Assembly (NCBI GenBank): GCA_010909165.1
Contig: MU008166.1
Location: 682,001-746,000, forward strand
Direction of reading: 5' to 3'
DNA length: 64,000 bases
DNA from: Anthoceros angustus
Taxonomy: Eukaryota > Plantae > Anthocerotophyta
Positions 23,153 to 34,813 of this stretch are shown piece by piece. The position numbers were made by a program, and so were the translations under genes. Under the pieces are notes generated by a model. The model had not been told where the DNA came from and did no database searches. It worked only from the letters and a program-made list of their open reading frames with translations. How positions within the stretch are numbered: position 1 is the stretch's first letter; every line of letters begins with the position of its first letter.

Positions 23153-25340
23153 TCAGTAATTTGTATCTAGTGATTCTATGACATCAAAAACTCTATCGAT
23201 ACATGCGTCCAGATTCACGGAAATTGTGAAAACTTGTTCAATTGCCCTCATCTCTACAAGTAACCTTGCAGAGACTTGCAAATCCACCGGATCCGGGCAA
23301 ATTCCAGGCTTGCACCCCCGACCCCCGATCTCCGTGACCCAGCCAGATCGCAAGCGAATCCAGACGGGGCAGACGCCGCACGTTCCCCGCGCCGTTTGAT
23401 TCTGATTCTTTCTCTTATGGTGAGATGCCAGGATCAGTCTGTGCCATCCATGTCCATGTCTCAGTTTGGACAGGAATGGAGTTAAGCAAGCATGTTCACC
23501 CCCCGAAGCGCCATACACAACAAGCGTCTCTTGGCCAAGTCCTTGCTGTGCATACCCAGCAATCAGGGCGGTCCATGTCACCACATTCTTTGTGGCCAAG
23601 CTGTTAAAAACCTGAAGTGCATCTTCCATTTCACCAAATTTTGCATACATGTCCACCAGGCAGGTGCCCACCACTACGTTATCCAGCAAACCTCGTTTGG
23701 CAGTCAGTGAGTGTAGCTGCCTGTCCTTCTGTAAGGCACCAGCGCTTCCACAGGCCGTCAGAAGGCAAGCAAAAGTAACATGGTTAGCCAAAATGAGGCC
23801 CTCCTCCTCCATTTGTCCATACACAACAAGAGCTTCTTGGCCGAGTCCCTGGTGTGCATACCCAGATATCAGGGCGGTCCATGTCACCACATCCTTCGTG
23901 TTCATGCTGTCAAAAACCTGCCGTGCATCTTCCAGTACGCCACATTTTGCATACATATGTACCAGGCAGTTGCCCAACACTGCGTCATCCAGCAACCCTC
24001 TTTCGACAATCTGTGAGTGCAGCTGCCTGCCCTTCTGTAAGGCACCGGCGCTTCCACAGGTTCAGAAGGCAGGCAAAAGTAACACGGTCAGCCAAAGCGA
24101 GGCCCTCCTGCTCCATTTGTCCATACAAAACAAGCGCCTCATGTGTGAGTCCTTGCTCGGCGTACCCAGCTATCAGGGCAGTCCATGTCAACACATTCTT
24201 CGTGCTCATGCTGTCGAAAACCTGGCGTGCATCTTCCAGTTCACCACGTTTTGCATACCCAGATATCAGCGCCGTCCATGTCACCACATCCTTTGTGGCC
24301 ATGCTTTCAAAAACCTGGCGAGCATCTTTCAGTTCGCCACATTTTGCATACATGACCACCAGGCCGTTGCCAACAAACAAGTCAGTAGGAGTGCCACTGT
24401 GCAACACATCACAGTGCACATCTCTTCCAGATTCCAAGTCGGCGGCTACAAAGACGTGACCATTCGACTTCACTCCTGACCTACGCATTTCATGGTACAG
24501 TTGTATGGCCTCCTTAGGCTTCCCGTGCTTAGCAATGTGCAGAGATTATAAAAAACCACATGAACACATTTGGATTTTCCACCCTGGTGAACACATCCAT
24601 GGCCTCCTGCAGCCTACCTCCAGATGAATACATGCGCAAGATATGGTTCCCCAAGTATGCACTCGACTCGAACACAAGTTTGGCAGTGAGATCATGAACT
24701 CGTCGCCCCACAACCAAATCCTTCTTAGCTGCACACAGCTTTAGCACAGTGTAAAACAGAGACTGAGAAACAGCAGAGTCTGTCTGCACCAGGGATTCCA
24801 GGGCTGCAACGGCCTCAGAAAGCTTCCCCTGCTGACATAACATGCTCACGGTTACAGCGGTTACGACGCCCATTGCCGATCCTGCACGCCTTGCAGGTTC
24901 AGGCTTATCCGGAGAGCTGGACTCGGAAGGAGAGCCACCATGGCCCATCTGCATATCCAAGGAACGAGCTGCTAATCAACCCAAGCTGGCCTGGACATGC
25001 TGTTTAACCACAGGACCTTGCCGGACCCCTTACGTTGGAAGTCAGGCGAACGGGAGCTCCTCTTATCTCGTCTGTTGTCCCACCACATGGTCGGTTCCAG
25101 AAAAAATTGTTGCCACAAGTGCTCCTGCTCCTGGCAACGACCATCGCTGGAAAACCCGTCCCCACCTACAGATTTTCTCGGAAGTGGAAGTGCTGGGCTC
25201 CTTACACTGCTGCACCTGGAGGGGTTGTTAGCCAGGGGTTGACTCCCTAAGATGGGGTGAGCGGGAGCTCCTCGTAGAATCCCTCTACACACACCAATTT
25301 GTTGGGTCCAGAACGGGTCCGGTTGCCATACCGTGGCCAT
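23153..25340 (-). pseudogene. Inverted paralogue of the PPR-GRP gene, frameshifted and lacking E/DYW domains
   Basis: Starts MATVWQPDPFWTQQ like the plus-strand gene; PPR motifs are split over several frames; near 23508 a P motif joins directly to sequence homologous to the 3' UTR of the first gene (ctgtccaaactg(c/a)gacatggacat). Confidence 0.85.
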
Positions 25341-25774
25341 CGTTCAGGGACCGCTGTCGGATGAGTCTGACAACAGACTATGGCAGAATGCCCAGGTATT
25401 GTGTATGCCCACGCATTCTGCCAGGTACTACTGTGTGTGACCACGCCAAACGGGCGTATAGGCAGTTTGAAGGTGCATGGACAGGCATGCGGACTCTCAA
25501 CCATCTCCAATCTAGAGTTAGGCAGCTTCCACATGGGCACCACATGAAAAAGGCAACGTATGTGTAGGTTGAAGGTAAATTGCTCATGAAGTCTAACTAT
25601 AAAGGTCGTCCAATTTCATATGTATCGTGAAACGTTGTTCACGGACTAGTTCAAAGATAACCTGTGGACAGAAATCCAAAGACCATGGCTCCCCTTAGTG
25701 CATGAGGTTAATCCGAAATGCTCTGGTTAGAGCCTCATAGCCCATACCTACTCTCTCAGTTTCCTTTATTGAAT

Positions 25775-25945
25775 GGTAGAAGAAGAAGAAGAATTTTATT
25801 TAAGTCCACTAAAAACATATTTCCATCATGGGCCTTGGTTGTTAACAACTTGTACATGGTATGCTTAAGCTACTTGCACCAAGGGCCTTTAGGTACCCTA
25901 TCTAAGTACCGATCTAAGTGTAGGATGTACAAGATGGGTACTTAG
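25775..25945 (-). mobile_element. Truncated copy of the (TTC)n-tailed SINE-like repeat
   Basis: agaagaagaagaagaattttatttaagtccacta..ttaacaacttgtac..ctaagtaccgatctaag is nearly identical to 61763-61920. Confidence 0.7.
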
Positions 25946-26871
25946 GGGATATTTGCAATTGATTTTGAAGTATATTTATCTTGTGATACTGCGAGGTGAG
26001 AAAATCAATACCGGGTATTGATGTCCACCCTACAGGCAAAACCTATGGACCCGAGGCTGCTTAACTAGAAACACTTTCAACAGCTCATGTTACTAAAAAA
26101 ATTTTGAACTTGACTTCACAAGATCTGCAAACATAGGACAACATTCGATAAGCCACCAGCTAATAGTGCAAAGGAGTAGTCTATACAAGAAACTCAAGTG
26201 CGCAGCTTGACAAGTATGTGCAGCGCATGAAACGACGTAGGAGTACACAAAGCGCTTTCCCGCTTGCCTTAGATTCAGTGGTCATGCAAATGTTCAAAAT
26301 TGATAAATTAATAGGCTAGGTGGAATAGATAAATGTCTCTCACATATTTGTACACGATCGTGGAATTAGCCTAACTTACCAAATTTTAAAAAATGAGATA
26401 TTAGCCTATCAAGTCGCCAACTAGCAAGGTTTCCATCCTCTATTTAAACAAAAGAAAAAAAGAAAAACTTAGAAGGTTCCCATCTTTTGTGAACCAAGCT
26501 AGGTACTCATTGTGAGCCCAAGCTACTAATGCGATGTAGGTAGTAATTACATACTGTCCAAAAAGTCTGTAAAATGGATAGAGTTATTTCACATAAATCA
26601 TAAAAAGAATACCTGGAGTAACCTACAAGAAAAAGCTGTCACTAGTGGCTTGGTTGTGGAGAAGGAGACGGAGCCGTGCCGAGTCGCAGAGCCAAAGCCG
26701 CGGCTTCTGAACCTCTTTGATGGTCGTGTAGGTTTTAGAGGTCATCGTCGGTACGTTGTATTTGGAGTGTTGTGGTGAAGATGTTTGGCCAGGGCGTGGC
26801 CAAATGAAGGGCATGGAGAGAAAGTAAAATGCAGAAATCCGTGTGGAGGGATGAGGAGGGAGGAGAGGCGA

Positions 26872-27996
26872 CTAGGCCTTGTAGGTGAGCATGAGATGGA
26901 GGAACTCGGAGAAATCCAAGGTGCCGTTGCCATCCAAGTCGCCGGCATTGATCATGGCCTGCACCTCGGCCTGGGTGACGTTCTCCCCGAGGAGGCGGAG
27001 CACAGTCCCCAGCTCCTGCTGGGTGATGCGGCCATCCCCGTCCCGGTCGAAGAGGTTGAACTTCTGCCTCCACTCCAGCAGCTGCTCCCGGCTCATGTGC
27101 GGAGTATACATGTTCTTGGGCGCCACGGCGGCCGCCGCCACCTGCTTCCTGGTCATGAAGTCCAGGAACTCGTGGAACTCCAAGGTGCCGTTCCCGTTGG
27201 AGTCGGCGGAGTCGATGGAGGCCTGCACCTCGGCCTCCGTGAGGTTATGGCCCAGCAGGCGCAACGACGTGCCGAGCTCGGTGGCCGTGATCCTGCCGTC
27301 GCCGTCCCGATCGAACGCCGCGAACACCTCCCGGTAGCGAGCCACCTGCTGCGGCCTGGGCCCGGCGCCCGACTCCCGGTGCAGATGCCGCGCCATGAGG
27401 TGCAGGAACTCGGTGAAGTCCAGGCGGCCGTTGCCGTCCACGTCCTCGCTGTTGATGAGCGCCTGGGCCTCGGGCTCCGTCACCGTCTCGCCCAGGAGGC
27501 GCATGGCGGTCACCAGCTCCCGGGCCGTGATGCTGCCGTTGGCGTCGCCGTCGAAGAGCAGGAACATGTCCCGGAACTTGGCCATCTGGTCCGGCCGGAG
27601 CTGCGAGACCTCGTGCCGCTGCACCTGCTGGTTCAGCCGCGCCGCCAGGGCCAGGAACGTGGCCAGATCCAGAGCCTCGTCCGCCCCCGCCTCCGATCCC
27701 ACCCCGGCCTGCTCCAGCATCAGCTGCACCTGCGCTTCCGTGAAGTTTCGCCCCAGAAGCTTCATCGCCGTGCCCACCTCCGCCGCCGCGATCCGCCCGT
27801 CGCCATCCCTGTCGAACACGCGGAACACCTCCTCGTACCTCTTCACCCGCTCCCTGCTCAGCTGCGGGATCGCGGTCTGCTCCCCACCTCTCCATGGCCG
27901 GGCCATGAACTCCGACGCCGGATTGACGTACTTCCCGCAAGCGTGCTGGACGCAACATTTCACCGTGGTCGCCCGCGACAGCACAGTCCCGGCCAT
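26872..27996 (-). CDS. Calmodulin-like protein with four lobes (8 EF-hand positions, 7 canonical), intronless
   Basis: Loops DRDGDGRIAAAE, (degenerate), DGDANGSITARE, DVDGNGRLDFTE, DRDGDGRITATE, DSNGNGTLEFHE, DRDGDGRITQQE, DLDGNGTLDFSE. The start codon is uncertain. Confidence 0.85.
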   Translation of the reverse strand: MAGTVLSRATTVKCCVQHACGKYVNPASEFMARPWRGGEQTAIPQLSRERVKRYEEVFRVFDRDGDGRIAAAEVGTAMKLLGRNFTEAQVQLMLEQAGVGSEAGADEALDLATFLALAARLNQQVQRHEVSQLRPDQMAKFRDMFLLFDGDANGSITARELVTAMRLLGETVTEPEAQALINSEDVDGNGRLDFTEFLHLMARHLHRESGAGPRPQQVARYREVFAAFDRDGDGRITATELGTSLRLLGHNLTEAEVQASIDSADSNGNGTLEFHEFLDFMTRKQVAAAAVAPKNMYTPHMSREQLLEWRQKFNLFDRDGDGRITQQELGTVLRLLGENVTQAEVQAMINAGDLDGNGTLDFSEFLHLMLTYKA

Positions 27997-28101
27997 GGCA
28001 ATCCGGGACTGTACATGTGCACACGTTCGTGGCGCTATATTTGTGAGGAGAACGTGCTCGATGCACATGTTTCACATGAGATGCTCAATTTCTCGCAACA
28101 A

Positions 28102-28971
28102 TCACTCCCTGTCCGTCTCTCCTTGTGCTTCTGCATCTGCTTCAGCATCTGCTTCTACATCTGCATCGGCTTCTACATCTGCATCGGCTTCTACATCTGC
28201 GTCGGCCTCCAATTCGAGCCTGGCCACAAAGACGCAGAATTCTGCCAGGTCGATGGTGCCGTCGCCGTCCGCATCGGCAGCCTGGAGCATCTCCCGGACC
28301 TCGCCTTCGCTGGGGCTGTAGCCCATGGACTGCATGGCCGCGCCCAGCTCCAGGGCCGTGATCCGCCCATCGCCGTTGCTGTCCAGCACGGAGAACGCCT
28401 CCTTGTATCTCTCCTCCATCTCCTCCATCTGCTGCTGGCTCAGGCCCTGCGAGGCTTCGGTGTGGGACTGGGACTGGGAGTGGCGGATCCGGAGCCTGTC
28501 GGTGAGGATGAGGAACTCCGCCAAGTCCAGGCTCCCGTTTCCGTCCAAGTCGCCGGCGTCTATCAGGGCCTGGACCTCCAGCTGGGACATCTCGTGGCCC
28601 AGGAGCTTCATGGCGTGCTCCAGCTCCTGGGTCGTGATGCGGCCGTCGCCGTCCTTGTCGTAGAGGGTGAAGGCGTCCTTGTACGGGGCGAGCTGCTGGG
28701 CGGTGAAATTAGGGAGCTCTCCGGGGCCCAGCTGCCAGCCCAGGATGATGAGGAACTCTGCGAAGTTCAGGAGCCCGTCTCCGTCCAGGTCGCCCTTTGT
28801 CAGCATCTCCTGCACCTCCAGTTCAGTGACATCCAGGCCAAGCACACCCATTGCGCTACCCACCTCCTTGCCGGTGATGCGACCGTCGCCATCGCTGTCC
28901 ACCAGGCGGAAGGCCTCCTTGAAGCGTGCCATCTTGTCCTCGGTGAGCTCCGGTCGCCTAGCAGCTGCCAT
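28102..28971 (-). CDS. Calmodulin-like protein with three lobes (6 canonical EF-hands) and an acidic EADADV-repeat tail
   Basis: Loops DSDGDGRITGKE, DLDGDGLLNFAE, DKDGDGRITTQE, DLDGNGSLDLAE, DSNGDGRITALE, DADGDGTIDLAE; 18-bp repeat at about 28140-28200. Confidence 0.88.
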   Translation of the reverse strand: MAAARRPELTEDKMARFKEAFRLVDSDGDGRITGKEVGSAMGVLGLDVTELEVQEMLTKGDLDGDGLLNFAEFLIILGWQLGPGELPNFTAQQLAPYKDAFTLYDKDGDGRITTQELEHAMKLLGHEMSQLEVQALIDAGDLDGNGSLDLAEFLILTDRLRIRHSQSQSHTEASQGLSQQQMEEMEERYKEAFSVLDSNGDGRITALELGAAMQSMGYSPSEGEVREMLQAADADGDGTIDLAEFCVFVARLELEADADVEADADVEADADVEADAEADAEAQGETDRE

Positions 28972-29213
28972 GCTGACAATTCAAGGAAAGGAAAGGAAAG
29001 GAAAAGGAAGCTCAATTTCTTCGTCCGGACTCCTTTGCAAGGAGGCGAGAAACACCTGTAGCAGGCTTCAGAGCACGTTCGGATCACAGTTGTCATTCGA
29101 GTGAATCAGAGAACAGTGTTGAATCGACTCACTCTGTACATGTAGTTTGTCCCTTCCTGCTGGAGAGACTTTTGTACAACACGATCAACGGAAAGGCAGA
29201 GCAGGGAAGACAG

Positions 29214-32005
29214 TTACGCTGAGTGGGGTGTCCAGTGATGCTCAACACCAAGTGCTCCCAAGTTCATGTCGCGTGCCTGCTGTTGGGCGACCCACTGCCA
29301 GTAGCCAGATGTAGGACTGAGGAATTCGTACCGGGAGTAGTCCTGCTCCAAGTTCACCTTCACTTCCTGGTTGGGAGACTCCATGGCCACAGTCGGGTAC
29401 AGAAGGCCTCCTTTCAAGGTGTTAGATACACATCCCACTACAGTGCCGTTTTTGACGAAGAAGAGGTTGTTCGTGCCGTAGTGGATTCCAACGCCCACCG
29501 TATCACCTGTGCCAAACATGGCACCTAAGGGCTCCAACATGTCGTGCATATGGACAATGCCATCGTCACCGTGGTAACCACAAGTGTTGACAGCCCATCC
29601 TGGTTGTTTGTCATCTTCGAAGTGCACCTTGTCGGTAAAGCCGACCCCTACAGCAGAGTCTTCCCCACCACATAGAATGGTCACCTCGAAATAATACAGG
29701 TGCGTCCGACAAGGTGCAGGTAGGTTGGCTTGGAGGGCCACCACTTCCCTCACGTTGCGTCGTCTCTTACGCACATGCCTGTCCAGTTTCAAACACCATT
29801 TTGTGAACCTAATTTGTTACCAGCCAGCCAACAAATGTATGGTTTCGGAGCGCACATAGTTGCCTTACCTTGCTGTTAACCGGTCTGGGGAAACAGCTAC
29901 CAAGGTGGAGTCGCCTATTGTGTCATGGAAGTAGGAAGGTAAAGGCTCTTCCATGAAGGTCCAGTTTCCGAAGTTGAGTAACACTTGGGCGTGCCTGCTT
30001 TTGAGGCCAATCGTGGGAAACAACTGGCTGGCACCATTTAGACTGTTGGCCATGTCCAGGGCCCCCAACAGCTGCCCTTTGTGGGTGAAAAAAATCTGCT
30101 GGCTGCTGTGCAGGATCCCTGCACCAACGATATCACCTGTCCCGAATTTGGGGCCCTGCCCAACATCTGCCTGACAACCCCAGGACCCATCCAAGCTGTG
30201 GTATCCCCAGGAGCCCCAATATAGCCCAGGTAGGTGATTAGGCCAAAAGGATGTGTCGCTGGTGAATCCTATTGTGATGCTCCCGTCGTTGGTTCCCCTG
30301 TTCTCGACCTTCATCTCGAAGTATGTCACCGTATGCTGGTGGGAGAGAGGTCGGTTAGCCTGCACGGCAACTGCATCAGCCTTAGTTGGCTTCAGGTACT
30401 TCACTGCTAGATGGTCGCTGGAAACAGTCAACCATCTTGGGTTACAGTTGATGCTGTTGAGAAACGGGAATAGGTGGTTGATCTGACTTCCTTCTGATGA
30501 AAGTCCTCTCCATGATAGGTCTCGCATCCTTCTGACCACGTTATCAACTCCTGTCCCACCTGCCGTTGGTGAGTGTCTCAATGCACTGGACCATTACTCC
30601 ATCTGGTTACGAAGCGAAAACAACTATCACCATCGGAATCACTCACCTGGAGGCACGTCTCCATAGTTGGAAACGAGACGCTGAATCTCATCACGTTTAG
30701 AGATGCACTCCGAATCATCTTCGGCCCACGACAAAACATGGTTCAGCCTCACAAGGGCCTCAACATACAAGCCTTGCTTGGCTTTGTCCAGGGCATTTCG
30801 TCGGTACTCCATACGCAGCAACCTATACTTCTCTTCCTGTTGCGGGAACTTCGCAAACAACCTGCTCCTCACATCAATGTCATCAAATGCAATCTTCAAG
30901 GGACGATCTTCCCTTGGATCGAAGGGACTCTTGGTGATATTGTAGGTCAACAGGGTCCATCTGTCATAAGTCCTCCCGTCAGTGCCCTTCACTGGATCAC
31001 ACATTATCTCCCACGTGATAGGATCATGGTACCATTTGTGTGGATTGGCCGCTAGCGTAGACACTAAGGGCTGCTGATGGGGTCTGGCGTCAATCTTGGA
31101 CCTCTCTTTCTCCATCTCTACCATGACCTATAGCCAGAGGTATTCAACAGGGATTCTCAGGAATGTAAAGCAAAACTCCAACAACATTACTGGTAACCCT
31201 TACAGCATGGAAGAATTCCCTGATGACATCCGTTTGTGCGTCTGTCGCTTTGACAAAGCAAATAACTCCCTCCAAGAACATGCCAGGATATGCTTGAACT
31301 TCAGCACGCAAAGGTTTCCACACTGCTTGCAACTGCTGTCGAAGAGCCTTTTGGGATGTTGATGAAGACGTACCAGTGTGGGTTCTGAGCAAGGTCTGCA
31401 GTTGCAAAAGAGCCAACTGGAACTCGTCCCGCTGTGCCATGCTCTCCACTGCGGCCTGATGCCTCATGCACAGATTAGAGACGTAAAAACATGAAACTAC
31501 AAAGGAGAATCAACGTCGGCAAAAAGCTATACACATACTACATACTTCGAGAGTAGTAATGAACAGCGTGGTCTGAAAAAAAATCATCACACGCTGTCGG
31601 AGCAATCGGAGTTCAGAAAATATCTGGTTGGCGTCCCAATGTGACTCCACAAACCCCATGCCCAGAATTTTGTGCCCATCCTTGATCGCCTGCCGAAGTT
31701 CCTGTTCCAAGGCCTCTACACGATGCAGAAACAAGTTCACTCACATCAGGGACTGCACCGCATACCGGAAACAGCAAAACAATTATGCAGCTGCTTGCAA
31801 GACACATGCCAAGAGCCCAAGCTGCCGTGTTCCTGCGACAAAAGTGGTTTCCGCCCAGCGCCATCATGTTTTGTTCCAAGTTCTTCTCCAGCAGGCTCAG
31901 TTCCGCAGCCACTTGACAGCTCTGGCTTTTGGGAGCCCACAAGTCCTGCGCTAGCAAAACGACCTTTTGCAGGATCTGGGCCGCAGCCATTGCGAGTTCC
32001 GCCAT
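29214..32005 (-). CDS. Predicted E3 ligase of about 794 aa: N-terminal helical (UND/MLKL-like) domain, U-box, short TPR-like helix pair and two SPRY domains; 6 exons
   Basis: Exons 32005-31810 (GC donor), 31715-31546, 31455-31204, 31127-30647, 30559-29869 and 29808-29214 sum to 2385 nt in one open frame. U-box DPITWEIMCDPVKGTDGRTYDR..KSP; SPRY motifs VQANRP..YFEMKV..ITIGF..LPG..SWGYHSLDG..FGTGDIVGAGI..IFFTHKG..LFPTIGL, repeated in exon 6. Confidence 0.8.
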
Positions 32006-33398
32006 CCTGATATAAATCCCAGCACAGCCCTGATGCCACCTGATGGATCCTGAAGTCACGCATCCTCGAAACCCTTATCTGGGACTCAACTAGCACACCA
32101 CAGTCCTTCTGGACACGAAAACCACGGGAAGCCAGCAGGAAAGCGGTGAGGTGTATAATTATTCTAGTGCTGCATTTCCTTGCTGCCGCTCCCCTCACCG
32201 AATTAAATTCCATGGAGGACATAAATTGCAAGAGGAGGTCAAGCTATGAGCTCTCTACATGTGGACACTGAGCTCTGCAGGTGGCGTCTTCAAAAGATAT
32301 TTTCATGCCGAAAATTCCTGAACGTATTCGCAGCGCAGGTCCCAAACTCAGTACTGCCCGGCACGGTGGCCATGGTGTCGAGGGATAGGGCCATTGACAT
32401 CTCCATCACCATCCACCAAGCAACCTTTAGATATTTCGAGGGCTTGGAGCTGTAGCTAGCTCACCAGCTCACGAGACCTCCCGAGCGACAGGATAACAGT
32501 ACCTCGGAGAGTGTCTGTCTCAACAACTGTCTTGTCCGAGGTCCGATACCGCAGATGCTGCTGGAGTTGTAGCTGCAGCTAGACTTTTCCATTACGAACT
32601 CCGATAGTAGAGCCTCCATGACCGGCTCATGACACGGCACATGTGAACCTGTAGTTGAAACCATCTGGAGCCTCCACATTCAGATGACTGCGTCATGAAG
32701 AATACATCTATGAAGCTTACATGAGAGAAGAACTTGCAAATATCATCTGTCTGCGGTATGGTAGCTTAAAGGAGGACGATGACATCGTCAATCTTGTGAG
32801 CTTGTCCCTGCATCAATATCTCCCCTCCCACAGGTTGCCACTATCCTTCCAGCTCAGGACTGCAAGGCCCAAAGGATATACACACGATGCGCAAGTTCAT
32901 CAATTCATTCATTCATTCATTGAACAGATACCTGAGATTAGCTTCCCAGCATCTGCCATGGCTACTCGGAACCTCAAGATTCCGAGAACAATGAGCCTTC
33001 TTGTATGAACGTTCATCTGCTCCCTGCGCATTTAGCGTTGGTTCGTGAGGGTATCTCGGCATAGCCAGTCATGAAAGTAAGTCGCTGTATTCAGTGCATT
33101 GTATACATAGAGATGGATGTATCACTGATAAATCATGGCCTGTTTGGCAGTGGAGATAGTGAAAAGAAAGCAGCAGTAACGGTTGTTGGGCAACCTGGTT
33201 CGGGATCATGGAGCGGTACCCCAGGGGGCGCAATGTGCAGGACAAGCAACCTGGTTCACCTGCACCTTGCACGGATCCCCATGGCGATGACGGATCCGAC
33301 CCGTCCGCAGCCCTGCACGCGCGACTTGTCGGGCTCCCAGCCTCTCCACTGGATTGACTCGCGCAGGACACGGAGTCGCATTGGCGAATTTCAAGGAC

Positions 33399-34659
33399 AT
33401 GGGAGCAGTCTGGCCCGTGCAGTGGTGGATCGCGGTGGTTGCAGCTTCCACATTGTTGAGCTTGTCTTCAGGAGGGCATCCGGCTCCGGAAGTGGAGCTG
33501 GCACCAACATTCCAAAGCATCCCGGGGGAGAGCTACGCGATTTGGCAGATCCCGAGCAGGCCGGTGGCGGTGCTGATGGTGGCGCACGGGCTGCATCACG
33601 GGGCGGGAACGTTCTGGGATGCTGCTCCCGGCTGTCAGATCTGCTCGCCGCTGCCGGAGGAGAGGCTGGTGACCAAGGCGGCTCTGGCGCGGGGGTACGC
33701 TGTTGTCACCGTCCAGGGAGGGAGCAAGGATAGGGGATGGAATTTGGAGACGGATTTGGAGATCAATCCCGACTTTCTGCGGGTGTTGGAGTTCCTGCGG
33801 CAGTGGAGGAGAGACCACGGGTTGGAGAGTCTTCCCCTCCTCGCTTTTGGATTGTCGAGGGGAGGGGATTTCGTGTCGGTGTTGGCCTTGGGGATGAGAT
33901 TGTCCGGCGTTGTGCTTATGGTGAGCCCCGGGCTGGAGGCAGCCGTTGACCTGGCCGCGGTCCGATCTGCGGCTGGTTTGAGGATTTGGCCTTATCCTCC
34001 CACGCTCTTTGTTCACGTAAGTGCACCGATTTGTTGCAATGCAGCTCTGTTCCATAGCAATCTTGATTCTTCTTGGTGTGGAATCGGATAGGTGGACGAA
34101 AGAATCGGTCAGATTTGTAGGTCTTGATCAATTGCTGGCTCAATGGCTGCAGATGCCGAAAGACAGTGTCACCGACCAAGCCGTGCAACGCCAGATGGCT
34201 TCTTTGTCCGCCAAGGGTCTCAGGACGGGCGAGCTTAGGTGCTATGCCTTCCCGTGTATGAATCCTTGTTTTCGGACCGGATTCCGGGCTGGACTGGAAC
34301 GTGTCTTTCGCAATTTTGAGGCTCTGAAAGCAGAGGGATACCTCACGCCAGATGGCTTCTTGAATCAGCCAGATCCGGTGGACTGGGAAACCTATGGGGA
34401 CTGGGATTGGAATGCGGTGGTGCAGTCTTTGAAGCAGGTGGAAATTCCCCAAGATAATGGGACCGACTCCCAGGTCTGGATAGAGGCAGTGGCCGAGGAG
34501 CTCAGTCTTAGTTATGGCTTCCACTCCTGTTCCAGCCTGCCATCCGTCGAGATCATGGACTGGCTTGACAGGACATGGAGGCACTCTGAGCATGCCTGGA
34601 CAGAAGGAAACGCCGAGTCTGATCTCGACAACTTTAGTCACAGCCGATCAGATGCTTAG
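33399..34659 (+). CDS. Secreted alpha/beta-hydrolase-fold protein (uncharacterised plant family), exons 33399-34016 and 34153-34659
   Basis: Hydrophobic N-terminus; WQIPSRPVAVLMVAHG..FWD..C..C..LPEER; nucleophile elbow GLSRGG; splicing restores PTLFVH-MPKD. Confidence 0.8.
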
Positions 34660-34813
34660 CAAGCTCCTATATATCTAAGCATTTCAACATAAGGACGAAT
34701 TCCTGATTTCTCAATTGGTCACGGCAGCTGAGGTAGAGTTGCTTCCTGCAGTCTTCATTCGAGTGGACATATATTTGTCACAGCAAGAGGTACAGGAATA
34801 TCCACAGAGGATG

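Noticed and set aside
26785-29061. 758-aa plus-strand ORF spanning both calmodulin-like genes
   Set aside because: Antisense shadow of GC-rich, codon-biased genes; its translation has no recognisable domain, while the minus strand gives canonical EF-hands.
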